This document shows, piece by piece, positions 55,006 through 64,000 of a stretch of 64,000 bases of DNA. The DNA is from Lytechinus pictus. Lineage: Eukaryota. Below the pieces are notes generated by a model. That model was not told where the DNA came from. It ran no database searches and worked only from the letters and a program-made list of their open reading frames with translations. The stretch is from positions 4,404,001-4,468,000 of the forward strand of contig NC_087251.1 of NCBI RefSeq assembly GCF_037042905.1, read 5' to 3'. A program made the translations under genes and the position numbers. Numbering within the stretch: the stretch's first letter is position 1; the number at the start of each line of letters is the position of its first letter.

Positions 55006-55048
55006 GCCTAAGCTTTCGATCCTATATAGCAGAATCTTCGTCGGAGGC
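55006..55048 (-). ncRNA. Minimal hammerhead-ribozyme-like motif (Penelope-like retroelement pLTR remnant), one core mismatch
   Basis: Minus strand: GCCT-CCGACGA-A-GATTCT(GCTATAT)AGGATC-GAAA-GCTT-AGGC. Stem I GCCT/AGGC, stem II GATTCT/AGGATC, palindromic AAGCTT at stem III. Core is CCGANGA rather than CUGANGA. Confidence 0.5.
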
Positions 55049-55222
55049 AAAATGACGTATATATAAAAGTAGCAAAATCCAAAGCCAAATTGGATTGGTG
55101 GATTAAGTACAATATTATTCCTGTTGTGGGAAATTTGTTTTGATGTAACACAGTTTACAAGTTAGACAAATGTACGGGTATATACACAACATTGACTATA
55201 ACACCGACTTTAAGGCCATCAG

Positions 55223-55347
55223 GGTCCCGTAACACAAAAGCGATTAATCGTACGCTTGATTTTCACGATTGATTGTACATTGTAGTCAATGGAATCGATC
55301 ATGAAAAAATGCTCTACGATCATTTCTTAGCTTTGTGTTACGGGCCC
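55223..55347. mobile_element. Harbinger/PIF-type MITE
   Basis: CAG|GGTCCCGTAACACAAA ... TTTGTGTTACGGGCCC|CAG: 3-bp CAG TSD. Confidence 0.85.
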
Positions 55348-55591
55348 CAGGTCGCACGTATATATTCACTTTAATATTCGCAAAACATGATAAAAAAAAC
55401 AAATCTTAAATTAAGTTTCGATGCTAATCATTATGGTTTAAGGACAAGGGAATTATTTTGACCAGGCTAAAAACACCGTCTCCCTGTTGTTCAACACGGG
55501 CTTTTCAAAGACGTTCTTGAGTAGATGGTATGGACAAATTTTAAGCTTGGTTTATATCATCATGTTCCTAAACATATACAATCCTCATTCT

Positions 55592-57196
55592 CAGCGTAGC
55601 CAGGGGGGGCGGTGGGGGCGGTCGCCTCCCCCCAAACGTCCCCAAAAAGAAAAAAAAAGAAAAAAGAGAGGAGAAAAGAAAAAGGGAAGGGAGGAAAGGG
55701 AAGAAAGGTAGCTTTGTGTTTTTTTTTCCTTTTTATTCTTGTTTTTTCTCAAAAGAGAAACTCCTTCACTCTTGCTCTAAATTTATATATGAATTTTGCT
55801 TCCGCGCTGCGCGCGGTTAAATGACAATATTAAAGATCTCCATTGTTTCCCCCACCCTTTCTCTAACCCTGTTTTTCTACCTCAGCTATTTATTGCCAGT
55901 TAAAGTTCAAATGTATACATTAGGGCATGGAATAAGAGTAAGGTTAGGCCGAAGTATATGAAGTTATCTTTTTTTTTAATTGATCGCGCAATTTCTGGGG
56001 CCTGTTGCAGAAAGAGTTGCGTTTAAACGCAAGTCAAAACATCCATCGCAAGTCCCAAATGCGCGCTGGTGATTGGTTGAAAATCAAGTTGCGCGTGATT
56101 TTTAGAGTTGCGATTGATTGCAACTCTTTCTGCAACGGGCCCCTGGTCGGGTCGGCTCCGGGCGGGTAAAATCTTTAAATCAATTTCTGCCGTCACCTCC
56201 ATAAAGTCAACTTCTCCCGCTTTTCAGCTCATTACTAAACAACCATAATTTTTGGGGCAAACAGGTTCCTAATCCAAAAAGAGGAAGGTATAAAATTCGT
56301 ATCGTATAAGGGTATTAAATAAAAAAGTACAATATTTTTATCAAATTCTATTAAACTTCATGTCATTTCCCTGTACATTCATTTCCTGTCCTGTTTTGCG
56401 CCCTCAGTTTGAGATTTGGAATGACTCTTAAGTTTCTTTATAATTCAAAATGAAGCGCTTCGGGATAAGTCAAAGAAATTGGGCATCCTTTTTATATAAT
56501 TTCAATAAATCACAGAAGTTTCAACTTTTTGCGCACTATTTTCCTTTTAATGAAGTTCAATAATCTTAGAAAATTAATTGAATTAGAGCCGATGGGGTAT
56601 TGGAGATATCTGCATTTGATGAAACGTCCGCCCTTTGAAATTTCAGAGTTTCGTTGCTCTGCGCGGGGAGGAATATCTTCCTCCCGGCATATACACTTCT
56701 TCTCCTCTGTTTTGCGAGTTAAAGATATGCACTGTCGCTACATTGTTTGTAATCAAATCTGATCTTTCCAAGGGAAGTATTCAATATATGTTAAAGAATA
56801 TCCTTTTCTCGGGACCCTTTTCATGGCAAAAAAATTGATAAAACGCTTTAGCTTCCGCACTTCGCGCGGGGTTATTATTATTTTAATTTCCTCCATTGTA
56901 TTCCTTTTTTGTGCGTTCACAATCTTTTTTTAAAACAAGGTTCATGAAAACCAGGTTCAAAATCACAATATAGTCAACTGAATTGGAGCTGATATAGATA
57001 CTAGAGACAAGAGAGACGGCTCCTTTTCATTTTAATTTATGAAACACCAAAAGCTTCGCGCTTCGCATAGGAAGGGGGAAACTCCCCCTCCCTGCACCCA
57101 CCCCCTAGGGAGCGCGCTTTGCGCGCTCTGTAAGTGTTGGCACGCCTCGCGTGCATTTACCGCCCCCTCCAAAATGAAATCCTGGCTACGCGGTTG
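55592..57196. mobile_element. hAT-like non-autonomous element containing a nested MITE
   Basis: GCGTAGCCAGG + poly-G at left; CCTGGCTACGCGGTTG at right. TTCTCA on both flanks (left end slightly deleted). GCTTCGCGC motifs inside. Confidence 0.7.
55998..56142. mobile_element. Harbinger/PIF-type MITE nested in 55592-57196
   Basis: CTG|GGGCCTGTTGCAGAAAGAGTTGC ... GCAACTCTTTCTGCAACGGGCCC|CTG: 23-bp TIR with 1 mismatch, CTG TSD. Confidence 0.9.
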
Positions 57197-58234
57197 TTCT
57201 CAGAATCCTGCTTACAATATTTCTAAACGGTGGAAGATACGTAATGACATCATGCCAAAGTTTCATCTTGTTCTGTTTTAATGTTTTTTATTTTGAAAAC
57301 AAATTACATGAAAGTACATGGGGGTGACAATATTCTCATTAAAAATACATCAGTACGTCTGTGCTAAGCATGATTCCCACGTAGCATATAGGAACATTTA
57401 ATTCATTGTGATGGAGAGAAATGGGTACACGAAAGTCATGACCAAGAAAGATCTTGACACAGAACTTTACAAAAGCGTCGAGGTGTTTAAGTGCGTGAAA
57501 TGGAACCATGATTTCACGTGACTTGGCATAAATCAAACTGTCCCATCGCATCGCCAAGTACCACTCTTTACTGGAAGGCGACACCGTGTATTCTGCACCA
57601 CGGATACTTCAAATTCACTGCAAGTTAACTGTGGTTGGGGGGGGTCTAAACTTGGTAATGCATCATGAAACAGACCATTGATGGATATAAAGCCAACGGG
57701 AATAAATTGCACAGAAGATCTGAGATGACAATGGCAATTGGTTGGCTTTTTAAACACCTAAGTTGAGTGTCAATCGCATTTAAAATGAAAAAGGACCCCA
57801 AAGTGATTTTCAGAGGCGACTTCAAGAGGAAAGCACTACATAGATACAGTTGCAAATTATTCATCACTGATGTAAGTTTAATGAAATCTCTCACAATAGA
57901 AATGTATTTTATTAATTACTTCGACTTCTTCTGCCTGACCTTGTCTCCTTTTCTACTTACCCTCGAAGAAAGGACCGAAGAAATAAAAAGAAAAAAGAAA
58001 GAAAAAAAAACCTTCGTGGGATGTACGCGAATCATAATAACAACGGGAAATGAGCATTTCCCCGTAATAATGTAACATAATCTATACCCTTCGAGAAAGA
58101 TAATGAGATTAAGATATTTCTGTATATTATAGTGTAAGCGAAAGCAGACAGAGAATTCAACCCATTACTGGTGATGATTTGTAAACCTTTGACCTAGACT
58201 TAAGCGTTAAGATATAAAACATAAGCTTGATTTT

Positions 58235-58539
58235 AATAATAATAATAATAATAAAAATGATAATAATAATAATATAGGATTTGTATAGCGCACGTATCCA
58301 CCTTGCTAGATGCTCAAGGCGCTTCTATATTACCCCGGCTAAGCTAGTCTATCGATTCTGGTGCGCACAGCTTTTTGAGGAATTACTTCCTGCCGGTATC
58401 CATTTACCTCACCTGGGTCAAGTGCAGCACAATGTGGATAAATTTCTTGCTGAAGGAAAACACGTCATGGCTAGGATTCGAACCCACGACCCTCTGTTTA
58501 AAAGATGAGAGTGAGAGAACCACTAGACCACGGCGCGCC
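58235..58539 (-). mobile_element. tRNA-derived SINE with L2-like 3' tail and (ATT)n end
   Basis: Minus strand head GGCGCGCCGTGGTCTAGTGG (A box)...GGTTCGAATCC (B box). Body CCTTCAGCAAG..GACCCAGGTG..AAATGGATACC. Tail CGCCTTGAGCA..GCGCTATACAAATCC followed by (ATT)n. Confidence 0.88.
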
Positions 58540-59212
58540 CATTTTTAGTTATTGTCATGAACGTTTTGATTGCATTTTGTGTCAATAGATCTTAAATTGA
58601 TTTATCGAATTGCATAATTACTTATTATAATCATCAGTTGACTTTCGTATTGATTGATAATTTTCAAGGGAACTTAAATAAAGAAACAAAGTGTTGATGC
58701 GTGCCAATGTCACTTCTAGGTAACCTATTGAAATCCTATTCAGGTTATATTTGTAGAGTATCGCATTCTCATACTCTCTGTACAAAGAGTGTTCTTCATT
58801 TTACGGAGACATCATTCGAAGGCACTTTGCTACAGACCCTCGGTAAATCTGCAGATTTATCTTTTCACCTTCCTTCGACCACAAAGGCCTGAAAGGATGG
58901 AGAATTTGAAAGCCAAATGCAAAATACACGAGAGGGCAAAATGTGTCACAACTGGGATCGTTTTACATCGCTGTCAGAACTAGAATCATATAACGCGAGG
59001 TGGATATTTGTACTTATTCGCATACCACAAAAAATGGGTGACGCCATTCGAAGGCAAAACATTGCTCTAAGGTTTGGTTTTAAATCCTTACCGATTCCCT
59101 TCCCTTGTGTATAGACGTGTATCTTCAAATGATCTTCATCGGATTCTTTTAAGAATATCGAGCGCCTTGGAAAAGAGCGGTTTTATTTCTACTATCGCCG
59201 GTGCTGTACATG

Positions 59213-59313
59213 GTGATGATGATGATTACGGAAATGAAGATTATAATAGTGATAATATTAATGGCAAAAATAATGGTGATGATGATGATTATGATAATAA
59301 TAATGATAATGAT
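59213..59313. repeat. Degenerate (GAT/AAT)n trinucleotide tract
   Basis: GATGATGAT and AATAATAAT runs; explains the Asp/Asn-rich and Ile-rich spurious ORFs here. Confidence 0.85.
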
Positions 59314-60364
59314 AGCATCTAAACTTCTTGGATTGAAAATCACAATCTAAACTTTGCCTTTGCATTTCATTAATAATCTTTTACAAAATCCTGATTGCTA
59401 GACTGATTAAATGAAAATAAATAAATTTTCCAACTGTTTTAAAGCATTGTTTCATGCCGACTGCCAGCGTAAAACTTCAACTATAAATATCCTGATCAAT
59501 TTAACTTTCCAATATCGAAAAAAAATCACAAATAAATGAAAGAACTGATAGGCATTAATATATATATATATATATTTGTATCCCATCATTACGATAGAGA
59601 AACAAATAGTAGAGAAAAAGAGGCTATAAAAGACATGGAAAGACAGGAAGAAATGGGACATTTTGATTGCATGAATTTTATTGGACTTTTTATATTTTAT
59701 TTAGTTTTTTTCTCCCTTATCAAATATCAATCAATGTTCTTGTTAAGATCAATTAAATGTCTTTAGAATGATATATTTATATAATATTGACTGGCTTTGA
59801 GGGGAACATCAAATATATTGCCAGCAAAAGAATCATATTGGCCCGAGTCTTTAAACGAGGGCAATATACTTGATGTTCCCCGAAAAAAGAACCAGTCAAT
59901 ATTTTTTATTATCACCCGTATCAGACATCTGAGCTGGTCATTTACAAAACCGTATTTCCCTGTATTTTATTATTATCAGGAAGGGATAGGTATATTGTTT
60001 GTATTTTCCTCGGTCTCAATGCGCGTATTGACTTTGCATGCAGAGACGACGCAAATTATATCTTTGTATTTTCCCTGGTCTCACATCCGGGCCTTTGAGG
60101 ATGCGAATGAAGTGATACGCTTCATAATGTTCCGCGCACCAACGATCTACGTCATAATAAAGACAACGCTGGATCTGGGCGCTTGCAAGTACGTCATAAT
60201 GGTAAAGTGCAGAGCCTAGACACTGATATTATCATGACACAACAGAACTCTATTCTTAAAAGATATCACTGTTATCATGATTTTTGCTCTAGATATCTGA
60301 TTTGGATGATAATAAAAATATTGACTGCCCTTCTTTCGGGGAACATCAAATATATTGCCCTTAA

Positions 60365-63331
60365 GGACGTTCCACAGTTATGTTTATGCGCATCATGATC
60401 TGCGCATATTTTACACTCTGCGCGCTGACGTCACAATGGATGAACTTTTGATTTAATCAGCTGTAGGGAATGTGAGCTGATTTTTCTCCTTATCTACATT
60501 AACTGCAGATCTGATGTGTTATGAAGCTAATAAACTAGAATTATTCTATGGACCATTTTTTAAAATTCCTCTACAATTTCAAAATAGTTTCTCTGTAGTG
60601 CTGCAAAGTATGATGAATATGACCCCCGAGTATGAATAAATGGAAAAGTGGTTCGGAATTTTTCCTCACATAGATACTGCTTTTGGCGCGTTTTCGGGTG
60701 TTTTAAGAAGCAAATTTGCTCTAATAAGAGTGCTGATAGTTTGAAAACAAGCACACGAACCCATATTTTTTAATGTTTGCACCTCTTAGGTATACCTTCC
60801 TCTACAATTTTGCAAAGTTTGGTGAAAATGACATGGGTTTTGAATAAAGTGCAGCATTACTTATACTTCTCAAGTTTGTTATTGAAATTTGACATTTTTG
60901 AGGTTGAGTATCTTTCCCGCAATTTCTAAGAACTGAGAGTGTTGTTAGACTTAAATGAGCAAGCAATTGACAGCAATCGATAGAATATCCATCTTACGGA
61001 TACAATTATTAATCATATTGCAAAATTTGATGAAATTTTCATGGATTTTGACTGATTAATAGGGCTTTAATCTCAATGTTGTGATCTCGTGAGGTCTAAA
61101 AATGCCGAATTCTTTTGGATGCGCAATTCTTAAGAACATCATCCATTTTGGGTTAACTTTTAAGCTCTATAACAAAAAATCAAGCACATGGACCCATGTT
61201 AATTTTTGCATATTTGGAATATTCAGGTGCTAAAGTATCTATGTGCAAAGTATGATGAACACGACATGGATTTTCAATGTTTGGGAGCAAGACTACGGAA
61301 CCACTTGCATTAGACGGTATTAACAGACTTTTGCTTGTTTTCGATGCATTTTGGGCTGTTTCAAGCCAACGCGCAATACTTTGGACACTGATAGTTTGAA
61401 AACGAGCACATGGACCCCAAATTTGTAATGTCTTAACTTCTTGAGAATATATTTCTCTACAAATCTAGAGAGTATGATGAAAATGACATGGATTTTGAAT
61501 GTTTGGGAGCAGGACTATAAGGAACCATTCGTATTTTAGACATTTTGGACGGTATTAGACTTTTGCAAGTTTTTAGGCGCATTATAAACTGTTTAAAGCC
61601 AACTCGCAACACTTTGGACTCTGATAATTTGAAAACGAGCACATGGACCCCATACTTTTAATATTTCAACGTCTTTAAAATATATTTCTCTACAAATCTA
61701 GAGAGTATGATGAAAATGACATGGATTTTGAATTTTTGGGAGCAGGACTATAAGGAACCATTCGTATTTTAGACATTTTGGACGGTATTAGACTTTTGCC
61801 CGTTTTAGGCGCATTATAGACTGTTTTAAGCCAACTCGCAACTATTTGGACACTGATAACTTGAAAACGAGCACATGGACCCCATATTTTTAATATTTCA
61901 ACTTCTTCAGAATATATTCCTCTACAAATATAGAAAGTATGACGAAAATGACATGGATTTTGAATGTTTGGGAGCAGGACTAAGGAACCATTGGTATTTC
62001 AGACATTTTTGGACGGTATAATCAGACTTTTACTTGTTTTCAGCGCATTTTGGGCTGTTTCAAGCCAACTCGCAACAGTTTAGAAACTGATAGCTTAAAA
62101 ACGAGCACATGGACCCCATGTTTTTAATATTTTAACGTCATCAGAATATATTCCTCTGTAAAACTAGAGAATATGATGAAATTGACATGGATTTTGAATG
62201 TTTGGGAGCAAAATTACGGAACTATTCGCATTTTAGACGATATTATTAGACTTTTGCACGTTTTCGGCGCATTTTAGGTGGATTTCAATATTTTGAAGCC
62301 AACTCGCAACACTTTGGACACTGATAGTTTAAAAACGAGCACATGGACCCCATATTTTTAATATTTTAATGTCTTTAGACTATATTCCTCTACAAATCTA
62401 CAGAGTATGATGAAAATGACATGGATTTTGAATGTTTTGGAGCAAAATATGGAACCATTTGCATTTTAAAGGGTATTAAGAGACTTTTGCATGTTTTCGG
62501 CGCTTTTTAGGCGATTTTCAAGCCAACTCGCAACAGTTTAGACACTGATAGTTTAAAAACAAGCACATGGACCCCATATTTTTAATATTTTAATGTCTTC
62601 AAAATATATTCTTCTACAAATCTGGAGAGTATGATGAAAATGACATAGATTTTGATTGTTTGGGAGCAAAACTACGGAACCATTCGCATTTTAGACGGCA
62701 TTATTAGACTTTTGCAAGTTTTGTGCACATTTGGGCGATTTTAATGCCAACTCGCATCACTTTGAACACTCATAGTTAAAAAACGAGCATATGGACCCCA
62801 TATTTTTAACTTCCCTACACCTTCGATATGCATTCCTCTACAATTTAGCAGAATTTGATGAAAGTGACATGGATTTTGAAAAAATCGCAGCTTACAAAAT
62901 ACTTTTTTAATTTTTGAGTAGATTCACGTCTTTGAATATTTGTTTTTTCCGAGTTTTTGCACCATTCTTGCCAAATGAGGGCGCTGCTGACTCCAAATAG
63001 ATATAGTTATACCAATTAAAAGACTTTCTCTTTCTTTTGTATACACTTTGTTGTATATCTTGAAAATTTGATGAAGTTTGATGCGGTATCTACTGAGTAA
63101 AGATGATTTACACTCATTTGGTGAATTCGTGAGGTCTAAGAGAGGCATAATTCTCTCGATTGCGCAAGATTGCATATCATTCAAATACGGCGACTTTGAA
63201 GACCCGTAGAAAAAAAATAAGCACATGAACCTTTGTTATTTTTTGCATTTTCATAATGCATAGATACCAAAGTAACTCTCTGCAAAATTTGGTGAAAATG
63301 ACATGGACTTCATTTTAACTGTGGAACGTCC
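60365..63331. mobile_element. Kolobok-type non-autonomous DNA transposon
   Basis: TTAA|GGACGTTCCACAGTTA ... TAACTGTGGAACGTCC|TTAA: perfect 16-bp TIR, TTAA TSD, RR..YY termini rather than the piggyBac CCC. Confidence 0.85.
61175..62885. repeat. Internal satellite-like array, ~230-235-bp unit, about 7 copies
   Basis: AAAACGAGCACATGGACCCC and GATGAAAATGACATGGATTTTGAA recur at ~61180, 61400, 61633, 61864, 62097, 62332, 62557 and 62780, with degenerate copies at ~60745 and ~63218. Confidence 0.92.
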
Positions 63332-64000
63332 TTAAAAAACCCATATTGCCCTCGTCTAAAGACTCGGGCCAATATGATTCTTTTGCTGGCAATATATTTG
63401 ATGTTCCCCTCAAGACCAGTCAATATTATATAATTATCATCATCCAAATCAGATATCTAGAACAAAAATCATGATAATAGTGATATTTCTTTAAAGTATA
63501 CATCCAAAGAAAATTCACGAAAGTGATGATTATAGACAAATTATATATGAATGGAAAGGTCTTGTCTTTTTATACACAAATATGTCACTAAAAAGTCTTA
63601 TTGATGTCGTGGAAATGCAAGAAATGAAATTATTAGAGACCCTTCTCAGCCCCCCAGCCGCCCCCAGACAGACAGTCACGCGATCAAAAACAGTCGAGAA
63701 TAATGACGTCACATGATCGACTCACTCTGTGCAAGCCAGCAGTACACTGATAGCTGATTCACCTTCCTGGTCTCTATTTTTCTTCGAATTTACCGTTTTC
63801 TTCATGTATTGTGATATCCGAATTCTGTTTTCGACAACTTCAGACTATAAGGGAACCAGAACTGTGTTATTTTGCCCGTTTTTTATTGAATTGTGAACTG
63901 GAAAGATCGATTTTGTCCACTCGACAGTCTTCGTTGTGTTGCTCTACTAACTATTGAAAAACTCCAAGCTGCACGGTCCCATTCACTTGCTCCCGATGCA

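Larger units (their letters stand above)
59778..63497. mobile_element. Hairpin-ended palindromic element (possibly Crypton-like non-autonomous) interrupted by a Kolobok-type insertion
   Basis: 59778-59915 is the reverse complement of (60305-60360 + 63352-63432), and each module is itself a hairpin. 60255-60310 is inverted relative to 63432-63497. Confidence 0.7.

Noticed and set aside
53365..62885. Array periods (178-235 bp) as deliberate nucleosome-positioning signals
   Set aside because: The length coincidence alone is not evidence; it would need MNase data.
1019..63712. The many 60-160 aa ORFs in the ORF track other than the two GPCR exons
   Set aside because: Low-complexity or repeat-derived, often with non-ATG starts, with no recognisable domains or splice-consistent partners; expected by chance in AT-rich eukaryotic DNA.
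63690..64000. TGACGTCA (CRE) site and a possible promoter or 5' end of a retroelement
   Set aside because: A single short motif at the window edge; too little evidence to call.

Overview
AT-rich eukaryotic (animal) genomic DNA. From recollection of its repeat families it looks like a marine invertebrate deuterostome, probably a sea urchin; this is an inference. The only protein-coding gene I can support is a partial class A (rhodopsin-like) neuropeptide-type GPCR on the + strand. Coding exon A (38725-39239; N-terminus to TM3) splices across an ~11.1 kb phase-2 intron inside the Arg codon of the DRY motif to exon B (50383-50758; ICL2 to ICL3). I could not find the TM6-TM7 exon(s) in the window. 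The rest is intergenic/intronic DNA packed with non-autonomous DNA transposons, several with readable TIRs and target-site duplications: hAT-type (8-bp TSD, one triple nest), piggyBac-type, Kolobok-type, TAG..CTA foldback-like (possibly Academ), Harbinger-type and CACTA-like. Also present are long palindromic hairpin-ended elements, a tRNA-derived SINE, decayed LINE fragments and internal mini/satellite arrays. There is no transposase ORF, CRISPR array or prokaryotic system. The most unusual items are a complete 72-nt tRNA-like cloverleaf with a TCA (UGA-reading) anticodon, followed immediately by a T6 Pol III terminator and preceded by a 53-bp hairpin (23787-24022), a minimal hammerhead-ribozyme-like motif (55006-55048), and non-canonical residues in the GPCR. 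I do not see a clearly novel multi-gene system.
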